Assembly: GCA_965203555.1 (NCBI GenBank)
Contig: CBDBCY010000004.1
Coordinates: 2,688,001-2,752,000 of the forward strand
DNA length: 64,000 bases
Origin: Acidimicrobiia bacterium
GTDB taxonomy: Bacteria > Actinomycetota > Acidimicrobiia > Spongiisociales > ZC4RG35
Direction of reading: 5' to 3'
In this document: in pieces, positions 9,251 through 19,938 of the stretch
Layout of the letters: every line of letters begins with the position of its first letter
Numbering within the stretch: the first letter of the stretch is position 1
Position numbers and translations under genes: made by a program
Notes under the pieces: generated by a model
Told to the model about the DNA's origin: nothing
Seen by the model: only the letters and a program-made list of their open reading frames with translations
Databases searched by the model: none

Positions 9251-10387
9251 GTGGTGGAAGGGCATCAATCGGATCAGCGCAGATTGACATCTCAGCCTGC
9301 TCAGGCGTTCTCCCCCTATCTGACGGATCCTGACGACCTGCGCCAGGTGGTCGGCGCCGATGAACCGGCTTTCCGCTCCCGGCAACTCCGGGAGTGGCTG
9401 TACCGCAACCCGGTGCTCCACGCCCGGGACATGACCAACCTGCCGACCGGTCTCCGCCGCGGTCTGGCGGAGAGCCTGTGGCCGTTCCTAGTCGAACAGC
9501 ACCAGGTCGCCGACCGGGGGGCAACCTACAAATGGTTGTTCAGGATGCCCGACGGAGCGGCGATAGAAGCGGTGGCCATGGGATATGGAAGCCGTACCAC
9601 TCTGTGCGTGTCATCCCAGGCGGGTTGTGCACTGGCTTGCACCTTCTGCGCCACGGGACAGTTCGGTTTCGACAGGCATCTGCAGGCCGGAGAGATCGTG
9701 GCCCAACTGGCCTATGCAAACGCCTTCCTTCGTTCTCACCCTCTTAGGAATTCTCCTCCCAGGGTGACCAATGTGGTGTTCATGGGGATGGGCGAACCAC
9801 TGGCCAACTATCCGCGGCTGCGGGAGGCAATCAGGTTGATGGTGGAGGAAGTGGGAATCTCGGCCCGGTCTCTGACCGTGTCGACGGTGGGGGTTGTTCC
9901 CGGAATCCGGCGCCTGGCCGACGATCCCTGGCCGGTGAAACTGGCGGTGAGTCTCCATGCTTCCGACGACGATCTGCGTTCGAGGTTGGTCCCGCTCAAT
10001 CGGCGTTACCCCCTGTCCGAAATCGAGAAGGCTGCTGCTTACTACTTCGGGAAGAAGCGCAGGAGGGTGTCCTTGGAATGGACCATGATCAAAGACGTAA
10101 ACGATGGTCGCTTCCAGGCTGAGGGGTTGGCAGCGATAGCCCGGCGTCTGCGGGCCCATGTCAATCTGATCGCATTGAACCCCACTCCACTCAGCCCTGA
10201 TCTGCCTTCCTCTCCGGTAGTGATCGACAGGTTCGCCGCGGCTCTGCGAGCGATGGGGGTGAACGTGACAGTCAGGGATACGCGGGGGACCCAGATCGAC
10301 GCCGCCTGCGGCCAACTGCGGGTCAAGAGTTCGCCGGGCAGAGCCGCCGACTCATCGAGGCGCGGGGCTCTCAAGCTCACCCGCTAG
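9251..10387 (+). CDS. rlmN: 23S rRNA (A2503-C2)/tRNA methyltransferase RlmN
   Basis: CVSSQAGC..CTFC radical SAM motif, MGMGEP, SLHA, IDAACGQL; exact start uncertain. Confidence 0.95.
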   Translation: MVEGHQSDQRRLTSQPAQAFSPYLTDPDDLRQVVGADEPAFRSRQLREWLYRNPVLHARDMTNLPTGLRRGLAESLWPFLVEQHQVADRGATYKWLFRMPDGAAIEAVAMGYGSRTTLCVSSQAGCALACTFCATGQFGFDRHLQAGEIVAQLAYANAFLRSHPLRNSPPRVTNVVFMGMGEPLANYPRLREAIRLMVEEVGISARSLTVSTVGVVPGIRRLADDPWPVKLAVSLHASDDDLRSRLVPLNRRYPLSEIEKAAAYYFGKKRRRVSLEWTMIKDVNDGRFQAEGLAAIARRLRAHVNLIALNPTPLSPDLPSSPVVIDRFAAALRAMGVNVTVRDTRGTQIDAACGQLRVKSSPGRAADSSRRGALKLTR

Positions 10388-10398
10388 GCCTTGTTATT

Positions 10399-11490
10399 GT
10401 GGCGGTTATGGACAGCGAGACTGCAACAACTCCCGAACTGGTCGAGGTCAGACCTGACGAGCGGTTTGACGAGGCTCGCCTCGCCCATTATCTACGAGGT
10501 CGGCTTCCCGGCAGTGAAGGGCCTCTGACTGTTCAGCAGTTTGCCAGGGGAAAGGCCAACCTGACCTATCTGCTCCGCTACGGAGAGTCGGGCGCAACAG
10601 TGACCGAATACGTTCTCCGCCGTCCGCCCCTTGGGCCGGTCGCTCCCGGTTCGCACGACATGGGGCGTGAATTCCGGGTGCTGTCCACCTTATGGAGTGC
10701 CTTTCCTCTGGCGGCGCGGGCTTTTCTGTTCTGCGACGACGAGTCGATAATCGGCGCTCCCTTCTTTGTTATGGAGCGTCGCCGGGGAGTGGTGGTGCAA
10801 GGATCGGTCCCGCCCGTATTCGGAAGCGGCGAGGACGCCCGCAGCAATCGAAAGCTGTCGGAAGTTGTGATAGACACTCTGGCCCAGTTCCACGCGGTGA
10901 ACCCGTCCGAGGCCGGTCTGGATGGGTTGGGCTGGCCGGAAGGGTTCATCGATCGCCAGTTGGGAGGTTGGATAGGACGTTGGCACAAGGCGAGGAGTGA
11001 ACCCAATCCGCTGGTTGAAGAGTTGGCCGAGTGGTTGGAGAAGACCAAGCCCCATTCCCCGCCCGCCACCTTGCTTCACAACGACTGGCGATTGGACAAC
11101 ATGGCCGTGGATCCTGATGATCCGGGGCTGTGCGTGGCAGTCTACGACTGGGACATGTGTACCCGTGGAGATCCTTTTGCGGATGTGGGCACGCTCATGG
11201 GTTGCTGGTTCGACCCTGATGAGGACTCCATTTTTCTTGATCCGATGCCGACCAGAACACCTGGTTTCATGACCCGCCGCGAAGCCATCTCCCGGTACGG
11301 AGAGAAGTCGGGCCGCGATATCTCGGGCATGCATTGGTATGTGGTGTTCGGCACCTTCAAAATGGGCGTGATTCTCCAACAGATATATATACGCTGGCTG
11401 AGAGGCCAAACCCAGGACGAGCGCTTTGCCACAATGGGGAAGGACGCGGCCCGGCTATTCGAATTGGCCGCGGCGCGCAGATCGCCATAG
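10399..11490 (+). CDS. APH/phosphotransferase family protein (ACAD10-like)
   Basis: GKANLTY, VLRRPP..HDMGRE, LHNDWRLDN, DWDM..GDP motifs. Confidence 0.88.
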   Translation: MAVMDSETATTPELVEVRPDERFDEARLAHYLRGRLPGSEGPLTVQQFARGKANLTYLLRYGESGATVTEYVLRRPPLGPVAPGSHDMGREFRVLSTLWSAFPLAARAFLFCDDESIIGAPFFVMERRRGVVVQGSVPPVFGSGEDARSNRKLSEVVIDTLAQFHAVNPSEAGLDGLGWPEGFIDRQLGGWIGRWHKARSEPNPLVEELAEWLEKTKPHSPPATLLHNDWRLDNMAVDPDDPGLCVAVYDWDMCTRGDPFADVGTLMGCWFDPDEDSIFLDPMPTRTPGFMTRREAISRYGEKSGRDISGMHWYVVFGTFKMGVILQQIYIRWLRGQTQDERFATMGKDAARLFELAAARRSP

Positions 11491-11853
11491 GGTTCCGTCC
11501 GGGTAGCCGACCCGGGCCGTTATCCCGAAGGAGGCCCCGTTCTCCTGCTTGTGCCTTGCCCCGACAGGTGTTCGTCCGCGTTCTCTATCCATCGTTAAAC
11601 AACTTCTGGAGGGGATAGGCATTCTTCTTGGAATCGGTTTCGCCGAAACCTGGTCAAGGCTGGCCGGCTGTCAGCGAGTCGGAGCGAAGCGTGTAGGAGA
11701 GAAAACCTATCGCAAGCCGAGACTCTGGCTCTCACTATGGTGAACAGTGAGGGCCAGCGTGATGATTTACTTTCGTATATCATATCCGAGGGTATATCGC
11801 ATCGAGAATAGAAATTGGTACCTTTGTAATATTTACGTGCTAAGGTTTGTCTG

Positions 11854-12303
11854 ATGAAACGGAACCTTTCTGAGAAGAAGGAAGTTGTAGCGGCTTGGCT
11901 CAATAGATTGCCCAATGCCGGCGTGGGAATCGCGGTGGATTACCAGCAGTCCTACGGGCTGAGTTATGTGGACGCCAAGGCTCTGGAACTTCTTTACGGG
12001 GCGCCATTGGGCCCTCGTCAACTTGCCGAGAAACTGCAGATGAGTCCGGCAGGAATTACCAAGCTGGTTGATCGGCTCGAGCGACGAGGTTTGGTGAAAC
12101 GCCGTCGCCATCCTGCCGATCGGCGTCGTTCGCTGGTATTCATTACCGACAAGGCCTTGGTGTCCAGCTTTCAACGGGAGCAGGTCAGGGAGCTGATAGA
12201 TAGGGCTGTTGATGACGCTACTGAGAATCAGTTGGAGGTCCTGTACGAATTCTTGCAAGAACTCGGCCAGGAACTGGTGAGTGAGGGCTTGATCAAGTCG
12301 TAA
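11854..12303 (+). CDS. MarR-family transcriptional regulator
   Basis: LAEKLQMSPAGITKLVDRLERRGLVKRRRHPADRR winged helix. Confidence 0.9.
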   Translation: MKRNLSEKKEVVAAWLNRLPNAGVGIAVDYQQSYGLSYVDAKALELLYGAPLGPRQLAEKLQMSPAGITKLVDRLERRGLVKRRRHPADRRRSLVFITDKALVSSFQREQVRELIDRAVDDATENQLEVLYEFLQELGQELVSEGLIKS

Positions 12304-13830
12304 TTGTCTTTTGGGGCTGACCCGGTAGCCTCACCACTTGTGGACATTCTGGCGGTTTCCGGGCCTTCGCGAAAGTGTGCTGAAGCCGGCGCTTCTCTGG
12401 CCCGCGCCGGTGGAAACGCGGTTGATGCCGCTCTTTCGGCGATGATGGTGGCCCTGGTCACCGAGATAGCAGTCATCGGCCCTGGCGCCGGAGGTTTTGT
12501 TACGGTGGGTGGTCCCCGCCATTCCCCGCTCGTCTATGACGGGGCGATGGCCATGCCGGGGCTGGGATTGGATCCGGACCGTTTGGGAAGGGGAGGCGTC
12601 GGAGTCCACATTGGCTACGGAGGAGGAGTGGAGACCATAGTGGGGCCCGCCAGCGTGGCGGTACCGGGAGGATGGGCGGCGATGGGAGCGGTCTGGCGGG
12701 ATCACGGCCTTGCTCCCTGGAGGGAGATAGTGGCGCCCGCTCTCGACCACGCCCGGCGCGGGTTCCCCCTGGGATCGGTGGCCGACTACTACCTGAACTA
12801 CTCCTTCGACCCTATTTTCTCGCTGGATCCCCGGTCGAGAGCAGCCCTCCACAACGGGAATAGGCGACGCAGGACCGGTGAACTGATCTGGGTGCGAGGA
12901 TTGGCCGATGCGTTGTCGGCTATCTCGGCGGAGGGAGTTGATGTGCTCTACAGGGGAGAACTGGGACAGGACATTTCCCGCGACCTTCTTGATCGGGGAG
13001 GGATCATCACTCGCCGCGACCTGCGGGAATACCAGGTGCAAAAGAGGTCGCCGATACTCCTTCCCATGGGCGATTGGACGGTTGCGCTCAATCCACCGCC
13101 GGCGGTGGGAGGCGTGGCTCTGGCGGGCATGCTCGCCCGAGTGGGACATCAGCCGCCCCTTTCGTCCAAGCGCCTGGTGGAGGCCCAGTTGGAAGTGCTG
13201 GGCGATCGTCGTTCGTTGGTGGACGACGCCGATGACTGGCGGGAGGGAGTCGGAAAGATGTCGTTGCGAATGTTGGCCGGTCTGGGGTCTGCGTCCACGG
13301 TAAACATCTCGGCGGTGGACTCTTCCGGCCTGGCCTGTGCAGTCACTCTGTCGTGTGGATACGGATCCGGGGTGATCGCCGGAGGAAGCGGGATGTGGAT
13401 GAACAATTCGCTGGGCGAGATTGAATTGACAGGGGGGAGGTTTCACGGTCAGCCTCCCGGAGAACGTCTCATGTCGAACATGGCCCCTTCAGTCTTGTGG
13501 AACGACTCCGGAGAGGTAGTGGCGGCCGGGTCGCCCGGCGCCGATCGCATCACCACTGCTTTGCAGTCCACCCTCCTGTCGGTAATCGTGGAAGGATCCT
13601 CGCTGGTGGAAGCAGTGGAACGCCATCGGGCTCACGTCGAGCGCACCCCACAAGGCTGGCGCCTGTGTCATGAAGAGGGTTTTCCGTTTAATGGTCTGGA
13701 GATGTCCCGGCGTGTCTTCGCAGGACGTCACATGTTCTTTGGTGGAGTCAGCGCAGCTTCTCTTGGGCCGGACGGGTCCATGGAGGCGGTGGCGGATTCT
13801 CGGCGGGTGGGGAAGGGGATCGTCGTATAA
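12304..13830 (+). CDS. ggt: Gamma-glutamyltransferase family protein
   Basis: GGNAVDAA, VAVPG, catalytic Thr in STVNISAVD, MNNSLGE, SNMAP, GSPGADRI; start uncertain. Confidence 0.85.
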   Translation: MSFGADPVASPLVDILAVSGPSRKCAEAGASLARAGGNAVDAALSAMMVALVTEIAVIGPGAGGFVTVGGPRHSPLVYDGAMAMPGLGLDPDRLGRGGVGVHIGYGGGVETIVGPASVAVPGGWAAMGAVWRDHGLAPWREIVAPALDHARRGFPLGSVADYYLNYSFDPIFSLDPRSRAALHNGNRRRRTGELIWVRGLADALSAISAEGVDVLYRGELGQDISRDLLDRGGIITRRDLREYQVQKRSPILLPMGDWTVALNPPPAVGGVALAGMLARVGHQPPLSSKRLVEAQLEVLGDRRSLVDDADDWREGVGKMSLRMLAGLGSASTVNISAVDSSGLACAVTLSCGYGSGVIAGGSGMWMNNSLGEIELTGGRFHGQPPGERLMSNMAPSVLWNDSGEVVAAGSPGADRITTALQSTLLSVIVEGSSLVEAVERHRAHVERTPQGWRLCHEEGFPFNGLEMSRRVFAGRHMFFGGVSAASLGPDGSMEAVADSRRVGKGIVV

Positions 13831-13850
13831 GCCGCTCCGACTATTCCTTC

Positions 13851-14594
13851 TTGGGCAGTTGGCGATGGGCAGCCGCCCATCTGGTGATGCTAATTCTGAT
13901 AATCGTGCTGGTTAGCTTGGGCCTGTGGCAACTGAGGCGCCTGGATGAGAGACAGTTGACCAATCAGGTGGGTCTGTCCCGCAGCACGTCCGCCGCTTTG
14001 GACTTGGAGGCGATGGTGTCGGGCGCCGGATCCGACCTCGACACGCTTGAGTACCGAAGGGCCACCACCCGGGGTGTGTGGGACGCCACCTACGAGGTGT
14101 ACGTGCGGTCGCAGGTGAGAGATGGCCGGTCCGGCCTATGGGTGGTGACGCCATTGATCTTGTCGGACGGCCGGGCGGTGATGGTTAACCGAGGATGGAT
14201 ACCGGTCGAACTGGATCGCGGCCAGGCAGCCCCTCCGGTGGGAGAGGCGGAAGTAACCGGGACGGTGAGAGCATCCCGGTCCCGGTCGAGTCTTGGTCCC
14301 ACCGACCGCCCCGGCATCGAGGACACCATCGCCCGGGTGGACCTGCAGGTGCTCGACGGCTTCGTGCCCCAATCGCTGCTGGGGGTCTACCTCGAAGAGT
14401 CCTCAGTCAACCTCGCGTCCTGGCCGTTGCGGCTCGACCCGCCGACCTTCGACGAAGAGGGTCCGCACTTGCTCTACGCCGTGCAGTGGTTTTCATTTGC
14501 CTTGGTGACGCTGGTGGGTTACGGCGCCCTGATCAGGTCCAAGGCGCACCGCCGCCACCGCCCCGCCAAATCACCGGACCAGGCTGACTCCTAG
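13851..14594 (+). CDS. SURF1 family protein
   Basis: LGLWQLRR, VVTPL, VNRGWIP, HLLYAVQWFSFA. Confidence 0.9.
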   Translation: MGSWRWAAAHLVMLILIIVLVSLGLWQLRRLDERQLTNQVGLSRSTSAALDLEAMVSGAGSDLDTLEYRRATTRGVWDATYEVYVRSQVRDGRSGLWVVTPLILSDGRAVMVNRGWIPVELDRGQAAPPVGEAEVTGTVRASRSRSSLGPTDRPGIEDTIARVDLQVLDGFVPQSLLGVYLEESSVNLASWPLRLDPPTFDEEGPHLLYAVQWFSFALVTLVGYGALIRSKAHRRHRPAKSPDQADS

Positions 14595-14617
14595 TGACCC
14601 GCCGGCTTCCGACCCTT

Positions 14618-14715
14618 CTCGAAAAACGATTTGTCGCGAATTTCCACTTTGTCGCGAAATTTCACTTCGCCACCGGGCCCCTCCCCCTCCGCCACCTAGC
14701 CATGGGTTGAACGAG
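14618..14715. repeat. Partial copy of the palindromic element found between nuoD and nuoH, with an 18-bp tandem repeat
   Basis: ATTTCCACTTTG (14640-14651) is the exact reverse complement of 33863-33874; 14675-14713 resembles 33619-33656; TTTGTCGCGAAwTTyCAC x2 at 14630-14665. Confidence 0.6.
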
Positions 14716-14939
14716 TTTCGTCCAGAGTGGAACGGGTCTCGGTGGAGACCGGAAACGATGCTCGTTTCATGAGACAATATGATCCCTTGACTCGGCCCGG
14801 TCGACGCCGGAACGGACCGTGTTGGTGTTTGGTCTTGTCAGTATGAACTGACCCTGAGACATAAATCAATCCCTCAGCACCAGAATTTTTCACAACCCGT
14901 GCGGCGGAATCGACCAGAAGAGTGCACCTACTCACTATT

Positions 14940-15103
14940 CGGCGTCGTAGGAGCCAGACCAGATCAGGCCGCCGCTCCGGTGCCCGATCTTGTTCGCCGT
15001 GGCTTCACCGCCGCCCGTCCCGATCACAAATGGTGTTGGGACTTCAAACATGCTCCGCACCCAGGAAGGACCCGTCTACCTCGGCACGGTCGAGGACTCT
15101 TCT
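14940..15103 (+). pseudogene. IS3-family integrase-core fragment
   Basis: RPDQAAAPVPDLVRRGFTAARPDHKWCWDF..EGPVYL; diverged duplicate of 15748-15910. Confidence 0.75.
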
Positions 15104-16241
15104 TGACTTCCTCCCGTATCGTGGAGCGATGCCTTTGGAGGAGGTTCTGATGCCTGAGGTACGAAGAAGATACGATCCGGAGTTCAAGTCCGGGGCGGTT
15201 CGGATTGTGTTGGAGACGGGGAAACCCATTGCCCGGGTCGCCCGGGGTCTTGGTATTCATGCGGGCACTTTGGGGAATTGGATGAAGGAGGAACGCTTGG
15301 GACGAGCCGACCTTGGGCAGCTGGACGAGAACAGCATGGCCGAGTTGATCCGCTTGCGGAAAGAGGTGGCCGAGGTTGCTGACGGAGGTGTGATGTGCTC
15401 AAGGGATCGGTGGTCTTGTGGGTCACCGAGCGCGACGCGATGAGCGTGGTGTCGCATGTCGCTGCCCAGGAGACCGACCATGGGGTTCCCCACGCAGCAA
15501 CTTGTCGGCTGCTGGGCATCAGCGAGTCGTGGTCTTTGCAAGTGGCGCAGCTGGCGTCCCACACCACCGAACGGCGCCGAGCAGAGCTGGATGTAAAGAT
15601 GCGGGTCGTGTTCGAAAGCGTCGGGAAGAAATCCTGCGGTTTACCCCGGTGGATGCGTTCGGTTGCGCGCCGACGGCGAAACGGTCTCGAAAAAGGACGG
15701 TCACCGCGTCCGTGCAGCGGCCAGGGCCTTGTTGGCACACCAGAAACGGCGTCGTAGAAACCAGACCGGATCAGTCAACCGCGCCGGCGCCTGATCTTGT
15801 TGCCGTGATTTCACCGCCACCTGCCCTGATCACAAGTGGTGCGGTGATTTCAAACACGCTCCGCGCCCAGGAAGGACCCGTCTACCTCGCCACGGTCAAG
15901 GACCTGTTCTCCCGGGCGCATGCTGGGGTTTGCTCTCGGTGACAAATACCCCTACCGCTGAACTGGCCCAGGCCAGTGTCAACATGGCCGTGGTCACCCG
16001 CGGAGGTGACGTACGGGGAGTGATCTTCCACACTGACCGGGGCAGCCAAACTCATCGCTGACGCGTTCGTCAAGGCCTGCACCCGGCTGGGGATCGTCCA
16101 GTCGATGGGAAGAGCAGCCGCGGCGTTGGACAACGCCGCGGCCGAGTCGTTTTCTCCACCCTGCAGATAGAACGCCTCGCCGACCGCCAGTACGCAACCA
16201 GAACCCAGGCCCGGCAGGACATTGCCAACCGGTACAACCAT
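15104..16241 (+). mobile_element. Degenerate IS3-family element (orfA from 15150, frameshifted orfB), truncated at right end
   Basis: TG-starting IRL-like TGACTTCCTCCCG at 15104; OrfA MPEVRRRYDPEFKSGAVRIVLETGKPIARVARGLGI..TLGNW; OrfB remnants KWCGDF, YLATVKDLFSR, IFHTDRGSQ, DNAAAESFFSTL in shifting frames. Confidence 0.85.
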
Positions 16242-16409
16242 GCGTGATGTGTTGGGGGTGTGACAGTACCGGTGGGCAGATAGCGGGTGTGTGGGCGGTT
16301 CAGAGTCTGGTGTTCAGAATGCTTCCAGAAACCCCTATTGGGGATGGGGGTGGATCAAGAATGGCAAAAACGGGCTGGCAGGAACCATAGAGACAGGACG
16401 CGGGTTCGG

Positions 16410-17634
16410 TCATTTTCTCTGTTTGATCGGGCGTCGGCGTGTGGATCGGCGGCGGTAGCGGTTGGGGGTACGGTGCCGTGGTCGCCAGGCGGTGCTTAAT
16501 GGGCGGCGGAGGGTGTATTCGCCGGTTGGGGTTTTGTGTACTGTCCAATCCTGGTCGTGTACTTTGTGGTGGCATCTGCTGCACAAAAGACACATGTTGT
16601 CCAGGTTCGTGGCACCCCCGTCTTGCCAGTGCACGATGTGATGGGCCTGGCACCAGGAGGCTTTGGCGCCGCACCCGATGCAGTGTTTGTCCCGGGCGAC
16701 CAGCGCGGCCCGTTGGGAACCGCTGGCCGTCCGCCGCGCCCGTCCCAAATCGAGGGGCACCGACGGTCCTGAGAAGATGGCGGGGAGGACTTGCGCGTCG
16801 CAGGCCAACTGTCGCAGGGTACGGGCGGGGAGGGGGGTTCCGTTCTCGAGGCGAGGGTTGCCCAACTGTTGGCTGATCGTGTCGTAGTCGGCGATCAGCA
16901 ACAGGCGCACGTCTTGGGAACGACCGTCTTTTCCTTTTCCTTGGCGGGTGACCAGTTCGGCTATGGCGTCGGCCATCCGCTGACCGGCAGTAGCCCGATC
17001 GGTGGGGTCTTCTTGGTGCCATAGTTGTTTCATCATGTGAGACACCGCCGTCTCGACCCGAGCACCCGTGATCGGATCGAAACGCCCATACAATACGGTC
17101 ATTCCGTCGTCTTGGTCGGTGGTGATCTTCGCATACCGGCGGGAACGCTGATGCTCCAACTTCGACACTCCATCATCCTCTGAACGTTGCTGTTCGTGTT
17201 TGCGTACCGTGCGGGCGAACTTGTCAGGAGACTGGGAACGGGCACCGTCCAACAACTCGTCCTCGACGATGGTTCCCCCTCTGCTTGGCGCCCGCCAAAA
17301 TACGCGCGTTGTCAGCAGAGATCTCTCCCTTGCGTAACCCTTCCCGGGTTTTGGGCAGTTCCTCCAACCCCCGGGCGGTCTCCACCTCAGACCGGGCCTT
17401 CCGACGGCCCAACAGCCCGTCCTCCCGCAATATCGTTTCCACCTTCTCCGTTCCCTGGCGGCGGCGCAACTCCGACACCGCCTGGGCGCGGACCGCCGCC
17501 ACTTGGTTCTGGACGCGGATGGTGGACCGGATACGCTGTTTCAGTTCTTCAACCGACGCATCCACGACCGGCATGGTGGGTGACAGCAACTTGGCCAGGT
17601 TGGCTGACCGTCTGCTGTTGACTGCTTGTTTCAT
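16410..17634 (-). pseudogene. DUF222 + HNH endonuclease (REP13E12-like), +1 frameshift in a G5 run near 17275
   Basis: QRMADA, RQLACDA, PLDLGRARR, RDKHCIGC..CQAHHIVHW..GGATNLDN..LLC..CHHKVH; removing one G joins ORFs 17224-17649 and 16410-17255 (KQRGTIVEDELLDG). Could be a sequencing error. Confidence 0.85.
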
Positions 17635-17663
17635 GCTTACAGTATGCACAGAGGGTGTGACAA
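17635..17663 (-). promoter_or_regulatory. RecA-NDp/PafBC-like leaderless promoter candidate for the DUF222-HNH gene
   Basis: Minus strand TTGTCACACCCTCTGTGCATACTGTAAGC-ATG: TGTCA box, -10-like CATACT, ATG 6 nt downstream. Confidence 0.45.
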
Positions 17664-17852
17664 AACATCCCGCATATTGCTAAGTTGTGAAAACAAACAC
17701 TAAAATATTCGCAGCGTCCACCAAACGGCTGCCGAAAGACACCCGACCCACCGGGCACCGGCTGACAGAACCTCCCGGTCAGTTAAGACTCCTCGCTAAG
17801 CATCACCTCCGCCCTCATCCGCGACACCCCGCCCAGCATGAACACGCCTTAG

Positions 17853-18344
17853 TTAGGTGTGGGCCAAGCCCTCTACGACCGAGGCATTGGGAAGACGGCT
17901 CAGCACGCGGGGATCGGCGAAGATCTTGGCGGTGCGGCTTCCGGCGCCCAGCAGGACCTCTTCGCGTTCCATCACGGCCGAATCAATGAGTAGAGGAAGG
18001 TCTTCGGGCAGTCCGAAGGGATTGACCCCGCCTATCTCCATTCCGGTGACTTCTTTCGTGACCTCCGCCGAGGCGAAGGACAGTCGCGACACACCCATCA
18101 CCTTCTTGACGCGATGGTTGACGTCCAGCCGGGTGGTGGCCAGGAGCACGCAGGCCGCCAGTTTCCCCCGGGGTCGCTTGGACGCCACCAAGATGGTGTT
18201 GGCGGCGTCCTGCAAAGCGACCCCGTATTTGCGGCAATAGGGGAACGTGTCGGCGTAATCGGGATCACACTCCACCACCCGGAAGGGCAAACCGGTGGCC
18301 TGCAACGCGGTTGCGACCCTGGGAGGCAGGAGATCCAGACTCAT
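17853..18344 (-). CDS. YbaK/EbsC (INS superfamily) aminoacyl-tRNA deacylase-like protein
   Basis: NTILVASK, LSFAS, TGMEIGGVNPFG, LLIDSAV..LGAGSR. Confidence 0.85.
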   Translation of the reverse strand: MSLDLLPPRVATALQATGLPFRVVECDPDYADTFPYCRKYGVALQDAANTILVASKRPRGKLAACVLLATTRLDVNHRVKKVMGVSRLSFASAEVTKEVTGMEIGGVNPFGLPEDLPLLIDSAVMEREEVLLGAGSRTAKIFADPRVLSRLPNASVVEGLAHT

Positions 18345-18346
18345 GC

Positions 18347-19738
<1,392 letters not shown>

Positions 19739-19855
19739 TCAGGACGACCGCGCCTGGCAAACTGCCCGAGGGCCGGTAGCCATTCGCATTCGATGACGAC
19801 CGCGCCAAACCCCCCACCGGGGGGTGGACTCGTAACTAACGGACAGATGTCTCAT
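19739..19855 (-). CDS. Putative 38-aa leader peptide (uORF) of metY
   Basis: MRHLSVSYESTPRWGVWRGRHRMRMATGPRAVCQARSS*; lies between a strong promoter and metY. Confidence 0.5.
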   Translation of the reverse strand: MRHLSVSYESTPRWGVWRGRHRMRMATGPRAVCQARSS

Positions 19856-19868
19856 AATGGCGAATCAG

Positions 19869-19897
19869 AGTATAAACAGGTCTTCGACAGTCTCCAA
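19869..19897 (-). promoter_or_regulatory. Sigma70/SigA-type promoter for uORF-metY-ybaK
   Basis: TTGGAG-N17-TATACT on the minus strand, 13 nt upstream of the uORF ATG. Confidence 0.6.
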
Positions 19898-19938
19898 TCC
19901 ATAATTTGATCTGCCCGGGAGACTGGGCGCCGCCGGGT

